Shown: positions 51,107-61,519, counted from the first letter of the stretch. The stretch is 64,000 bases of DNA from an uncultured Gammaproteobacteria bacterium (GCA_964512695.1 CAZEJU010000001.1:71803-135802), one strand, 5' to 3'. Program-made: numbers and translations. The notes: a model not told the origin generated them from the sequence alone.

Positions 51107-51235
51107 ACTAGACTAACTACTAACTTCTAACTGCTAACTACTAACTTCTAACTGCTAACTACTAACTACTAACTGCTAACTGCTAACTGCTAACTGCTAA
51201 CGACTAACTTCTAACTACTAACTTCTACCTTCTGA
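51107..51235. repeat. Tandem heptamer array (TAACTNN)n, about 18 units
   Basis: taactac taacttc taactgc taactac taacttc taactgc taactac taactac taactgc x4 taacgac taacttc taactac taacttc. Same unit and orientation as 46383-46470. Confidence 0.75.
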
Positions 51236-51265
51236 CTCGTAAGTGGGAAAACTCCTCTATCGTAC

Positions 51266-52117
51266 CTATTTCCCCCACTGAGTGAAACCTAGTAAAACTA
51301 AAAATACTATGACGCAAATCCAAACATATTCCCAAAGAACACCACGAAATAACCTTCTTTCATACCATATATGCGATAACCCCACGAGTGTCGAAAAAAA
51401 CCCAGTAAGAAAAATAGAAATAATATGAGGTCCACTCGGCCAAAACCATAATATCGCAGCAGCTTCAATTAAACACAATGTCACACTTCCACTCCAAAGA
51501 TGCAGTGAGGGGTATTCAGTTTTTTGCAAAGCATATGTCCGTATTGATTGATATACAAGCGGAAATGTATATAAAGATAACAGCGCAACCATTAAATATA
51601 CAGGTAAATGCAGAGAAAAAACTGTATCCGTTAAGAAAAAATACGACAAGATCGTAATTATAAACGAAACAATTCTAGCTCCTGATAACAAAGCAATTGT
51701 TCTTGCGGACGATACAATAAATACATTTTGACTTAAAAAAAGTGAATAGAGACCAAGCGCATATACTGTTACCGCAATAAGTCTCGCAATTAAGTTTGAT
51801 GGGAGCAAAAAATAGAACATCGTAAACGCAAAACTATAGAAAAAAGGTAATACGAAAACGCTTCCAAGAAAACTTTCCTTAAGATTTGTATATATGCTCC
51901 ACAGAAGAAACAAATCAGTTATACAAGCTAAACCTAATGCGACAAAAACAGCGTACTTACCTGCTTCAACGCTGCTACTAGCGAAAAGTCCAATAGATAA
52001 GAAGATAACAGCGATAACAAACTTTTGTCTTTTAGAAATAGTAATAGACACAGTCTTTTTTTGCAGTTTTTTTTGCCTTAAAACAGGTTGTTGTCTTGGC
52101 TGAAGAGTAAATTTCAT
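51266..52117 (-). CDS. Hypothetical polytopic membrane protein
   Basis: At least 8 hydrophobic helices. No motif recognised. Confidence 0.3.
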   Translation of the reverse strand: MKFTLQPRQQPVLRQKKLQKKTVSITISKRQKFVIAVIFLSIGLFASSSVEAGKYAVFVALGLACITDLFLLWSIYTNLKESFLGSVFVLPFFYSFAFTMFYFLLPSNLIARLIAVTVYALGLYSLFLSQNVFIVSSARTIALLSGARIVSFIITILSYFFLTDTVFSLHLPVYLMVALLSLYTFPLVYQSIRTYALQKTEYPSLHLWSGSVTLCLIEAAAILWFWPSGPHIISIFLTGFFSTLVGLSHIWYERRLFRGVLWEYVWICVIVFLVLLGFTQWGK

Positions 52118-52136
52118 TTCAGTAACTGATAGCCGG

Positions 52137-52889
52137 TTACAGTAATTCTTTCCCTATCTCATCCGGTATATCAAAGTTTGCGTATATTTTCTGGATGTCA
52201 TCCATCTCCTCAAGCCTTTCGACGAATGCAAGAGCTTTACTTGCTGCTTCTTTATCCATTATTTGGACAGTTGTTAAAGGAACTCGTATAAATTCGAAGT
52301 TTTTAACAGTTAACCCTTGGGTTTGGAGTGAATCCCGAACTTTACCAAGATCTTCAGGTTTTGTATAAATAAGAATTTCATCGCCAGCTTCCTCAACATC
52401 TTCTGCTCCTGCATCTGCAGACATCAGAAAAACATCATCCAAAGCATATCCATTTTTTTCTATAGAAAGTATCCCTTTCTGAGTAAATTGATATTGGACA
52501 GAACCAGGAGTTCCTAACCTACCACCCATCTTTTCAACTTTACTTTTTACTTCTGGCGTTGTCCGCATTTTATTATCTGTAATAGCTTCAATAATCATAC
52601 TAAAACCACCCGGACCAAAACCTTCATACACAATCTCCTCCATTTCATTTGCGTCTTTCCCAGCTGCCCTTTGCATAGCTCTATCGATATTATCTTTTGG
52701 CATATTCGCTGCACGAGCGATATCTACAGCGAGTCTTAAACGGGGGTTACTGTTTGGATCGGCTACTCCTCCACCCTGCCGAACAGCTATCGTAATGGAT
52801 TTTGACAACTTGGTAAAAAGCTGACCTCGTTTAGCATCAGCTGCACCTTTTTGACGTTTAATAGTGGACCACTTTGAATGACCAGACAT
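52137..52889 (-). CDS. yebC: YebC/PmpR-family DNA-binding regulatory protein
   Basis: MSGHSKWSTIKRQKGAADAKRGQLFTKL N-terminal signature. Start trimmed to this Met. Confidence 0.85.
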   Translation of the reverse strand: MSGHSKWSTIKRQKGAADAKRGQLFTKLSKSITIAVRQGGGVADPNSNPRLRLAVDIARAANMPKDNIDRAMQRAAGKDANEMEEIVYEGFGPGGFSMIIEAITDNKMRTTPEVKSKVEKMGGRLGTPGSVQYQFTQKGILSIEKNGYALDDVFLMSADAGAEDVEEAGDEILIYTKPEDLGKVRDSLQTQGLTVKNFEFIRVPLTTVQIMDKEAASKALAFVERLEEMDDIQKIYANFDIPDEIGKELL

Positions 52890-53073
52890 ACATAGAAAAG
52901 GTATCAAAGGCAGAATACGTATCAAATATATCAAAAGAAATGACAATTATTCACTTTACCTTTGATACTTCTGATACCTCTAATACTTTTGATACCGTGT
53001 TATATTATACTCTGTCACACTTGACTTTTGCAATAAATATGCCTAGAATAGTAAATTAACGATTTTACCCCAC

Positions 53074-53784
53074 ATGGTACCGCTGAAAATACAAGCTGTT
53101 CAAACAGCACTACAAGGAGACTGGAAAGCTGCAATTGTATTAAACGAAATGCTTCTCGAAGAAAATCCTGAAGATATTGATGCATTAAACAGATTAGCAT
53201 TCGCCAAAGCTAGTATAGGAGAATCAAAGGAAGCAAAAAACATTTACCAAAAAGTTCTGACATTAGATGCAAATAATCCCATCGCAATCAAAAATCTTCA
53301 AAGAATGTCAGGCAGTTCAAATGCAACAACACAATACCAACATATCGTAAAGAACGTTTTTATCGAAGAACCAGGTAAAACAAAAGTTGTTGAATTAATT
53401 AATACCGCCGATAAAAAAGTTGTAACGCCATTACGAAATGGTGAGAATTTGATGCTCCATGTTAAACGCATGAAAATTTTTGTTCTTGATAATCAAAAAC
53501 AATATATAGGCATGCTTCCAGACGATATCGGTAATAGATTAATTAATTTTATTGAAGGCGGGAATCAATATGAAGCATATGTAAAAACAATTCATACGAA
53601 TAGAGTCATTATCCTTGTTAAAGAAGTTAAAAGAGCAAATAAGTTCAAGAACCAACCTTCGTTTATCTCACTAGAAAAGACTAAGCTTTCTATTGATAAC
53701 AAATCTAACAGCAAGAATAATAAAATAAGACATCAATCCGATGACTCTGGTTCAGATATGGATTACGAAGAATCTGAATCTTGA
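53074..53784 (+). CDS. Hypothetical protein with N-terminal TPR-like repeats and acidic Ser-rich tail
   Basis: ALNRLAFAKASIGESKEAKNIYQKVLTLDANNP TPR-like. C-terminal SDDSGSDMDYEESES. Confidence 0.35.
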   Translation: MVPLKIQAVQTALQGDWKAAIVLNEMLLEENPEDIDALNRLAFAKASIGESKEAKNIYQKVLTLDANNPIAIKNLQRMSGSSNATTQYQHIVKNVFIEEPGKTKVVELINTADKKVVTPLRNGENLMLHVKRMKIFVLDNQKQYIGMLPDDIGNRLINFIEGGNQYEAYVKTIHTNRVIILVKEVKRANKFKNQPSFISLEKTKLSIDNKSNSKNNKIRHQSDDSGSDMDYEESES

Positions 53785-53918
53785 TGGAAAATAACTCTCC
53801 CCTTTTTTAACTCTTTTTTAACTTTTTCTGTTGATTGTGTTTTTAGTTGCTTCTTTAAGGATATATAGGCAAATAACAAAGACAAGAATAAAATAATTAC
53901 CATCGGTAATACCATATA

Positions 53919-54749
53919 TTAAAATACTGTTTCTCTGATACCATCCTCCCCTATTAAAATTATAATATCTGCAATTTCTCTTGTTTCGCTTTCTGCAACT
54001 GGGTACTTGAGAATCTTTGCCAACTTCGTTTGTGTATAACTGGACTTACCATAATAAAGTATCTTTGATCGAATTCCTTTCTGGTCACTACTTACAATAG
54101 AAATCACGTTGCATCCAGCGTTTTTAAGAATGCGTTCTAAACGCCTTCCTAAGCCTTCTACATTTGTGCCATTAACAATCTGTATAGACGTTTTCTCTTG
54201 AAGGAATGTCTGGTCAGTAAATAATTTAATAGCTATTTCGTCAATTTCGCTAGCAGGTTTAGATACTGCAACTGATGTTTCAGTAAAGTCTTGTTGTTTA
54301 ATTGACTGCATAGTGAAAAGCATACGCAAGACATCAACAGATGTAATATGGGTACTATTCTCTTTTTGTTGTAATAAAATTTTAATAAGCATATTTCTAG
54401 GATTTTTATCAATGTCTATACCCGGCTTTAACTGAACTGTCGCGTCTATCGGTATTCCGAGCGTTCTACCAGGACTATGTGCTTTTTTTTTGCCTTCTAT
54501 AGTTACTTGTGAAAAAGTTCTCTGTACTGGATCTATAGAATATATGACGGAATTCCCTGGATTTTCACTAACTGCAACTGTAAATCGTTGTTTTCCATCA
54601 AAAGTACTTTGTTGTAAGACACTAACGAGTTTCATAAGAAATGATATACCCAGCAGTAAGATAACAGCTACCAAAAAGATAAGCGCTTTTTTTAAACTTG
54701 TCATTCCTGTTTCAACACGAACGTTTTTATTCATTTTATTTTTTATCAA
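53919..54749 (-). CDS. Membrane-anchored protein with LytR_C (LytR/CpsA/Psr C-terminal) domain
   Basis: IQIVNGTNVEGLGRRLERILKNAGCNVISIVSS matches the LytR_C pattern. N-terminal TM anchor. Confidence 0.45.
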   Translation of the reverse strand: MIKNKMNKNVRVETGMTSLKKALIFLVAVILLLGISFLMKLVSVLQQSTFDGKQRFTVAVSENPGNSVIYSIDPVQRTFSQVTIEGKKKAHSPGRTLGIPIDATVQLKPGIDIDKNPRNMLIKILLQQKENSTHITSVDVLRMLFTMQSIKQQDFTETSVAVSKPASEIDEIAIKLFTDQTFLQEKTSIQIVNGTNVEGLGRRLERILKNAGCNVISIVSSDQKGIRSKILYYGKSSYTQTKLAKILKYPVAESETREIADIIILIGEDGIRETVF

Positions 54750-55458
54750 TCACCGCTTGTAATTCACCTGGCAACTGACTAGTAAATGATAAAGACTCAC
54801 CACTTCTCGGATGGAGAAAAGTTATTGCAGCAGCATGGAGAAATACTCTGGATAGAACTTGACGGTCATCCCTTTGTGTTTTTCTTCCTGCATAGAGAAA
54901 ATCTCCGAAAATTGGATGACCAATATATTTTAAATGAACCCTTATTTGATGGGTTCTTCCTGTTTCAGGAAATAATGCAACTAAAGATAACTCTTCTTTC
55001 GCAAATTCATAATACTTACTACTCAATACTTTATACATAGTCTTTGCTTCCCTACCTCCTGCAACAATCCCAAATTGTTTTCTATTCCAAGGCAGTCTGC
55101 CCACAGGAACATTTATTTCTCCTTCTTCTGGTATTACTTTTCCATGTGCTAGAGCTATGTACTTTTTTTTAACAATTCTCTCTTTAAATTGACGCTGAAG
55201 TTCAATAAATGATTCAGGATTTTTTGCGAGGATAAGAATTCCCGACGTTTCTTTATCTAACCTATGGACGACCCCTCCTCTATTACAAAAATCATTTCCT
55301 TGATCATTTTTTAATATTTCACTTTTAATTTTTAATTTCTCTTCTGCCCAATCCTGAACAGTTACTTCTCCTTTCGTAGTATCTGCACGGTTCACTATTA
55401 TACCTGCAGGTTTATCTATTACGAGAACATCCTCATCTTCGTAAATTATTGTTATCAT
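54736..55458 (-). CDS. RluA-family pseudouridine synthase
   Basis: VVHRLDKETSGILILAKN catalytic Asp motif. Lacks N-terminal S4 domain. Confidence 0.8.
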   Translation of the reverse strand: MITIIYEDEDVLVIDKPAGIIVNRADTTKGEVTVQDWAEEKLKIKSEILKNDQGNDFCNRGGVVHRLDKETSGILILAKNPESFIELQRQFKERIVKKKYIALAHGKVIPEEGEINVPVGRLPWNRKQFGIVAGGREAKTMYKVLSSKYYEFAKEELSLVALFPETGRTHQIRVHLKYIGHPIFGDFLYAGRKTQRDDRQVLSRVFLHAAAITFLHPRSGESLSFTSQLPGELQAVIDKK

Positions 55459-55592
55459 TTCTGTATTATAACTTAGAGGCTAGAAAGAATAAAGAAAAAT
55501 CGTCCTTTACATACAAATATCCCTCGAAATTTATGGGTCTAGTTGAGATTTTTAACTCAAGAATTATATACATAGTATGATGCATTTTATTA

Positions 55593-56240
55593 TTACTTAG
55601 AAGATGACTTCAATTGAGTCCGTATAAGTAATAAAGAAGCAAATAAGAATATACATATATAAACGTAATCTTCAATAGCTGGTAAAGCATTATTTCTATA
55701 AAGCGCAACCACATCATCTAATAAAGAAACGAGTGAAAACATAATTAAAAATAATAGTGCTATATTTCCTTCTTTAAATACGCCTCTATTATTCATAGGA
55801 AGTAAAACAAAAAAGAAAAAAAGAAAAAGAACAGTATAGATTAAAAAAATGTAAATATTAGAGAACACTGTTAAAAACAGTAAAGGAAAAACGCTAAGAT
55901 ATGAAATCGCGACATAATCTAAAAACTTCCAAGTTAGAATATGGCGTCTTTTAGTTACTATAAAAAATACTAATAAACTTCCAATAATCATTCCTTGAAA
56001 AGAAAACCCAGGGCTAGGAGGAAAAAAAAGGAGGCCGATTACATTTTTTCCTGGCTGGAAATGTTCAGCTGCAAAAACAATCCTTGACAGAATCCCTCCC
56101 CAGAATATACCAGTAATTACTGTGTCAAATAAATCATCCAACGTTATATTTTTTCTAATAAAATAAAAATCGTCTTTTACGATTGAATAAAAAGTAAATA
56201 AAAACAACAAAAACAGAGCTAATAATAGTAATAGTTGCAT
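55593..56240 (-). CDS. Hypothetical polytopic membrane protein
   Basis: Six hydrophobic helices. 1-nt overlap with the MFS gene start. Confidence 0.3.
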   Translation of the reverse strand: MQLLLLLALFLLFLFTFYSIVKDDFYFIRKNITLDDLFDTVITGIFWGGILSRIVFAAEHFQPGKNVIGLLFFPPSPGFSFQGMIIGSLLVFFIVTKRRHILTWKFLDYVAISYLSVFPLLFLTVFSNIYIFLIYTVLFLFFFFVLLPMNNRGVFKEGNIALLFLIMFSLVSLLDDVVALYRNNALPAIEDYVYICIFLFASLLLIRTQLKSSSK

Positions 56241-57514
56241 TATATTTTAATAAATATTCTTACAAAACCTAAAATAATAAAACTTATACCTATTCCTAAA
56301 AGAACTCTACCAACCCCTATAAGATCTGAAAAACTACCGACTAATATTATAGGAATAAAAGAAAAAATACCCACAAATGTATTAAGAATTCCATATACTC
56401 TACCTCTGATTTCATCTGTAGTTTTTTCCTGTAATAAAGTGTTTGATGGAATAAATACAAACGCGTTAGCAATACCTAAAAAGAATGATAAAAGAATTAT
56501 AATGTCCGTATGAGTTATTTGGAGAAGCTTTGGGAGGAATGCATTCATCGTTATAATAATATGACGTGAAGCTAACCTATTACCATACGGCATAATTGCT
56601 ATTGCAATTCCCGAAAGAAGTAAACCAGTATTAACTATTTTGTCAAGCGTAAAACGATTCGCTATGGCACTTAAAAATAATGCACCCATAATTACTCCAA
56701 CAGTAGCAGGAGTAATAACTAATAATGGAAATTGTTCCACACTGATATGCAGAACATCATTCGCATAGCCAGGCGCGATAGAAGCTATAAGAAGAATTAA
56801 TATTTGTGATAATGCAAGAAGAAATATAGAATGAGTTATTTCTTTTGAGTCTTTAATAATCCTTAATGTATGCTTTACTTCATGAGAAATTGTTCGCAAA
56901 GGTACACTTTCTTCCACATGTATACCTTTTTTTTCTTCTGATTTGGGCATTTTTATAAGATAGATAAGATAACTTGCAACGAGTAACATTCCCGCAAGAA
57001 GTAGCAACGTTTTTACTAAACCTAAAGCTAAAAGTATAGGCCCTGAGAAAAGGTATGCTAAAAGAATAGAGCCTACTATTCCTATACCAAATAAAGCGTT
57101 TGCAGATAAAAGTAAATAATCCTTAACTACAAGAGGTATAATGGGAGATTCAGCAGGAATAAAAAATTGCGTCAAAATACTAATGATAAAAGATAATATG
57201 AATATTGCAAGAACGTTTTGGGAAAAAAAGGCTAAAAGCAAAATCCCTATCGCCCGTAAAATATTTGTAATATATAAAACCCTTTTCTTATCCCACCTAT
57301 CGATATAAACTCCAGCAATTATTCCGAAAAACACAGATGGAAGTGTAAATGATAAAACAATTGCAGAAACAAGCGTATTAGACTTTGTGAGATCAAATAC
57401 CATAACAATAAGGAGGAAATTAAGAAGGTTTACAGGGATTTGTGTAAATATTTCTCCAACCCAAAGATATTGGAATTGTCTACTGGACAACGCACTGAAG
57501 AGATGGTTTTTCAT
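56240..57514 (-). CDS. Major facilitator superfamily transporter
   Basis: 12 TM helices in 6+6 arrangement. Loop after TM2 (GVYIDRWDKKRV) resembles the MFS DRxGRR motif. Confidence 0.65.
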   Translation of the reverse strand: MKNHLFSALSSRQFQYLWVGEIFTQIPVNLLNFLLIVMVFDLTKSNTLVSAIVLSFTLPSVFFGIIAGVYIDRWDKKRVLYITNILRAIGILLLAFFSQNVLAIFILSFIISILTQFFIPAESPIIPLVVKDYLLLSANALFGIGIVGSILLAYLFSGPILLALGLVKTLLLLAGMLLVASYLIYLIKMPKSEEKKGIHVEESVPLRTISHEVKHTLRIIKDSKEITHSIFLLALSQILILLIASIAPGYANDVLHISVEQFPLLVITPATVGVIMGALFLSAIANRFTLDKIVNTGLLLSGIAIAIMPYGNRLASRHIIITMNAFLPKLLQITHTDIIILLSFFLGIANAFVFIPSNTLLQEKTTDEIRGRVYGILNTFVGIFSFIPIILVGSFSDLIGVGRVLLGIGISFIILGFVRIFIKI

Positions 57515-57523
57515 GCTAAGTGC

Positions 57524-58093
57524 CTATTTTTTTTCTGATGTAGCTTTTTCTGTGTAGGCACCAGTTCGGGTATCCACGCGAATCGCCTCCCCTATCGAAA
57601 TAAATAGTGGAACTTTTGTTTTTATACCATTTTCTAGAGTCGCGTCTTTAAAAACATTTGTTGCTGAATTTCCTTTTATAGCAGGGCCAGTTTCTACAAC
57701 GTTAAAAACCATTTTCGGTGGTAACTGAACAAAAAGCGGATCATTATCGAGGAAACTTACAGTAAAACTCTCACCTTCTTTTAAATATTCATGCCCGTCA
57801 ATTTTAATTAAAGGTATTTGTACTTGTTCATATGTCTCTGGATGCATAAAATATGCGGAATCATCATCTTTATATAAAAACTGCATTTCACGTTTCGAAA
57901 TTAAAACATCCTGAACTTTTGCTCCGTTTATATACCCTTTTTCCAACGTCGCTCCATTTGAAAGGTTTTTGACTTTCACTTTAATGCTCGCACTTCCACG
58001 ACCCATTTTTATATGTTCATAAGAAAGTACTTGATATAATACTCCTTCTTCTCTATATGTCGTACCGGCGCGTAAATCAGTTACAGATATCAT
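57524..58093 (-). CDS. efp: Translation elongation factor P
   Basis: 189 aa. Three beta-barrel domains. KxG region in IKMGRGSASIKVKVKN. Confidence 0.85.
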   Translation of the reverse strand: MISVTDLRAGTTYREEGVLYQVLSYEHIKMGRGSASIKVKVKNLSNGATLEKGYINGAKVQDVLISKREMQFLYKDDDSAYFMHPETYEQVQIPLIKIDGHEYLKEGESFTVSFLDNDPLFVQLPPKMVFNVVETGPAIKGNSATNVFKDATLENGIKTKVPLFISIGEAIRVDTRTGAYTEKATSEKK

Positions 58094-58118
58094 AGTTTTA
58101 AAAAGCTATAGCCCAATT

Positions 58119-59645
58119 TTAGCGTTTATTGTTCAGATTTTCAAATATACGTAAAATCATTCTTACTCCAAACCCTGTTCCACCTTTTTGGATGACACCT
58201 GAAGGGTTCGAAGAGAAAGCCGGGCCTGCTATATCCATATGTGCCCAAGGTATAGTATCAACAAATTCTTCGAGGAATAATGCAGCAGTAATGGCCCCAC
58301 CATATCTCGTATTAGGTATGTTAGCTATATCCGCGACTTCACTTTTATTTAATTTTTTATATGTTTTTTCTAAAGGCATTTCCCAGACTTTTTCCCCTTC
58401 ATAACTTGCAGCTTCTTTAATCTGTGCTGCTAACTCTTTATTATTTACGAATAATCCTGCAATATCGTTTCCTAAAGCTACCATACACGCGCCTGTTAAG
58501 GTAGCAAAGTCTACAATTTTCGTCGCTTTTTGTTTTACTGCATACGATAAACTATCAGCCATAGTAACACGTCCTTCTGCATCAGTATTCAGGACTTCAA
58601 TTGTTTTACCATTATATGCGCGAACGACATCACCGGGAACTAGTGACGAACCTGAAATTAAATTGGGTGTTGCGGCTATTAAACCAATTACAGAAACATT
58701 TGGTTTTATTTTTTCTATTACTGAAAAAATACCCAGCACAGCAGCTCCCCCTGACATATCCATTTTCATATCCATCATGTGATCACCAGGTTTCACGTTT
58801 ATTCCACCGCTATCAAATGTAATTCCTTTCCCTATTATTGCCCATTTTTCTGTAGATTCGGATTTTCCTTCTGGATTATATTCCAAATGAATAAATTTAG
58901 GCGGAGTATCTGACGCGCGCGCGATTCCGAGAAATGCTTCCATTCCCATTTTCTCAAGTTCTGCTTTATCATATATCTTACAAGTAATTTGTTTACTGCT
59001 TTTTGCTATGTCTTGTGCTAGTTTTGCTAGAAATGTTGGAGTTGCGATTGCTGGCTGTTCATTAACGAGATCTCTCGCTACTTTTGTAGCTTCATAATAT
59101 AAGGTTGCTCTATGTATAATTTTTTTCAGCATCTCATTTTCTTCTTGCTGCGCGATAATAACCATATCAAAATTCCTTTCATGTTTCTCTGCTTTCTTAT
59201 ATTTCATGAATGTATAGTTTCCAAGCAATAAACCTTCAACTATATGATGTAAAACGTCATGGACATCAAATCCAGTCTCTTCTTTTGTCGGGATCACAAA
59301 AGCTGTAGAATCGGTTTTCGTCCTAACTTTCCTCGTAAAGAGCCCCATCACTTCCCGTAAATCATCTAAAATAAACTCTTTTTTATCTCCTAAACCAAGA
59401 ACAAAAATACGCGATGGTGCTATATTTTTTTGAGGAACTACAGCTAGAATCTCTCCTTTTTTACCTTTAAACTGTTCTAAACTCGCAACTTTCTCTAGGT
59501 GGCCGTCAAGTGTTTGATTTAACTGCTGAAAAACTTCCGAAGGTTCGTATGTTACTTTATCTCCGATTTTCTTACTGTAGGTGAAAATGATTGCAATATC
59601 TGTAGAAATCGCGTCGAGTGTGTTCGTGGAGAATTCGAAAGTCAT
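58119..59645 (-). CDS. pepA: Leucyl aminopeptidase (M17 family)
   Basis: NTDAEGRVTMADSL signature and metal ligands (DMKMDMSGGAAV). Confidence 0.85.
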   Translation of the reverse strand: MTFEFSTNTLDAISTDIAIIFTYSKKIGDKVTYEPSEVFQQLNQTLDGHLEKVASLEQFKGKKGEILAVVPQKNIAPSRIFVLGLGDKKEFILDDLREVMGLFTRKVRTKTDSTAFVIPTKEETGFDVHDVLHHIVEGLLLGNYTFMKYKKAEKHERNFDMVIIAQQEENEMLKKIIHRATLYYEATKVARDLVNEQPAIATPTFLAKLAQDIAKSSKQITCKIYDKAELEKMGMEAFLGIARASDTPPKFIHLEYNPEGKSESTEKWAIIGKGITFDSGGINVKPGDHMMDMKMDMSGGAAVLGIFSVIEKIKPNVSVIGLIAATPNLISGSSLVPGDVVRAYNGKTIEVLNTDAEGRVTMADSLSYAVKQKATKIVDFATLTGACMVALGNDIAGLFVNNKELAAQIKEAASYEGEKVWEMPLEKTYKKLNKSEVADIANIPNTRYGGAITAALFLEEFVDTIPWAHMDIAGPAFSSNPSGVIQKGGTGFGVRMILRIFENLNNKR

Positions 59646-59709
59646 ATAGAGTATTCTATGGATTTCTAAGCTAAAAATCAACTATTATCCACTTCTCTAT
59701 CGTGAAGGT

Positions 59710-60996
59710 CTACAGGTATTTTTTGAATTTATACCCAGCTTTTAACTGTAACAACATACCTATTATTCCCATAATAAAAATTATAGTTAACAAGTGGAAA
59801 TTTACTTTAACATAATTTTTTACTATTACTCCAAACAAATGGAAAAGAGGTAAAAATAAAAGCATCCACCGGTAGAAACTCTTTACTGTGTATTGAGAAT
59901 ACATGTATATTGCTAAAAATGAACAGATAATAAGTATACCAACATCATGGAAGTACATGTATGGTGCAGTAAAAAGTACCGCGTAAAGCAATATGGTAAA
60001 TTGTATATCAAAATAAAATTTTGAATTATTATATCGTTTCCGCCAAGTTACAAAAAGTATTCCAAGACAAATTACACTTCCCATTAACCATAACGGGAAC
60101 ACGTCGAAAAAACTTTCCTTTTTCAAAGATAACGTTAAAAAACCCATCCAATTAACCATGTCCTTAGGGTAATAACCGAAGTTTCCGGGGATAGCAGTTA
60201 TTTCATGTAAAAGTACCATATAATTCTGCAACCCTTTTGATCCGAGAGCCGCGTATGATATCAAAAAAAGAACAGTTACGCCAAACAAAATTCCCTGTAA
60301 GACACGGATTCTTTTTTGAAAAACGAAAGCTAAAAGAATGATAATGAAAAATTGAGGCTTCATTAACGTTAAACTTAATAGTATTCCTCCTTTTATATCT
60401 TCCTCCTTTCTTATTACATACCACCCTCCTACTAATACCCAAGTAAGCAGTAATGAGATTTGTCCTTGGAGGACAGTACTCCATAAAGGAAGAAAACAGA
60501 GATACGAAAAAATAAAATATATTTTTAATGGTATGTTTTGTCTCGGTAAAGCATTTAAAAGTTTTAAAAAGAAGAAATATAAGCTTATAAATAAAAATAA
60601 AGATAGTACTCCCCACAAAAAATATGCCTGATAAAAATTAAACGAACTCAAAAAAAATAGTAAAACAGCAACAAATGGAGGAAGTAAGTACGGAAGAAGT
60701 TGTTTTTCGTTTCGCAATTCAGGAATAAATTTTTTTTGCCAATAGTATTGCGTCTGCATACCATAGAGATTTTCTTTTTCTTCGTGCGATACTATCGTTA
60801 TACCCGTATAAAACGCGCGAAAATCAGTCCCGTTTACTAACCTTCTATACTCTTTTTGAAATGCTACTTTAAAAAGAATAATAAAAAGAAGTAACGATGT
60901 AACAATTATTGCACTTATACATAATAAGAAACGAGTAAACCGCCCTGTCTGCTTATATAAACTCATACATGTATTACATAAACAATTTGAGTCCAT
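59710..60996 (-). CDS. Polytopic membrane protein, possibly GT-C-fold glycosyltransferase (DUF2029/GT87-like)
   Basis: About 11 TM helices and a 428-aa architecture typical of polyprenyl-phosphate-dependent glycosyltransferases. No diagnostic motif confirmed. Confidence 0.3.
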   Translation of the reverse strand: MDSNCLCNTCMSLYKQTGRFTRFLLCISAIIVTSLLLFIILFKVAFQKEYRRLVNGTDFRAFYTGITIVSHEEKENLYGMQTQYYWQKKFIPELRNEKQLLPYLLPPFVAVLLFFLSSFNFYQAYFLWGVLSLFLFISLYFFFLKLLNALPRQNIPLKIYFIFSYLCFLPLWSTVLQGQISLLLTWVLVGGWYVIRKEEDIKGGILLSLTLMKPQFFIIILLAFVFQKRIRVLQGILFGVTVLFLISYAALGSKGLQNYMVLLHEITAIPGNFGYYPKDMVNWMGFLTLSLKKESFFDVFPLWLMGSVICLGILFVTWRKRYNNSKFYFDIQFTILLYAVLFTAPYMYFHDVGILIICSFLAIYMYSQYTVKSFYRWMLLFLPLFHLFGVIVKNYVKVNFHLLTIIFIMGIIGMLLQLKAGYKFKKYL

Positions 60997-61071
60997 GTCA
61001 AGCTAAAAGTGCTATAATAAGTGATGTAAAATCTAGTAAAACTATTTGCCGGGATAGTAGACCCCAAATAT

Positions 61072-61155
61072 GGGCGGGTGGCGGAATGGTATACGCGGTA
61101 GTCTCAAAAACTACTGGTTATAATGACTATGAGGGTTCGACTCCCTCCTCGCCCA
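61072..61155 (+). tRNA. tRNA-Leu (anticodon CAA), class II with long variable arm; CCA not encoded
   Basis: Acceptor GGGCGGG/CTCGCCC (one G-U). D arm GCGGAATGGTATACGC. Anticodon stem GTAGT/ACTAC with loop CTCAAAA. Long variable arm. T arm GAGGG-TTCGACT-CCCTC. Discriminator A. Confidence 0.75.
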
Positions 61156-61519
61156 CAAAGTATCACTTCTGCCCCAAACTTACGGGTATAAAGGTACTGT
61201 GAATATGAGCTATAAAAAGTGAGCTGGTATTCATCCAATCGTCTCCTTACCTTGAGAGGGAGTGCGTGAATACCCGTCAGTAATCCGCCTTACGAATGGA
61301 AGCACGAATGATTGATGTCTTAATTGTTGTAGTGTTTTACTCCTATCCTGGAACAATTCAATCGACTTAATATATAAGAAACATTTGCAATTGCTGACCA
61401 CTTTTGAAATACTAAATAAGAATGAATACGATCATATCGATACTTCACAATATTCTCCTGGATGATCGGAAAGTAAAATTAGACTCAAATAATTTAGGAA
61501 AGGGGATGAATTTCATACC

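Noticed and set aside
46383-51235. Tandem heptamer arrays as CRISPR arrays
   Set aside because: The units are 7 nt with no unique spacers. They are simple microsatellite-like tandem repeats, not repeat-spacer structures, and no cas genes are present.
49990-51265. RNase P RNA, tmRNA, SRP RNA or extra tRNAs in the ORF-free region
   Set aside because: I could not find the conserved GGAAAGUCCGG (RNase P), a tag-peptide reading frame ending ...ALAA (tmRNA), the SRP domain IV motif, or cloverleaf-compatible T-arm and acceptor pairings.
60969-61202. 77-aa plus-strand ORF
   Set aside because: It is entirely overlapped by the tRNA-Leu(CAA) gene and its flanks, so it is spurious.
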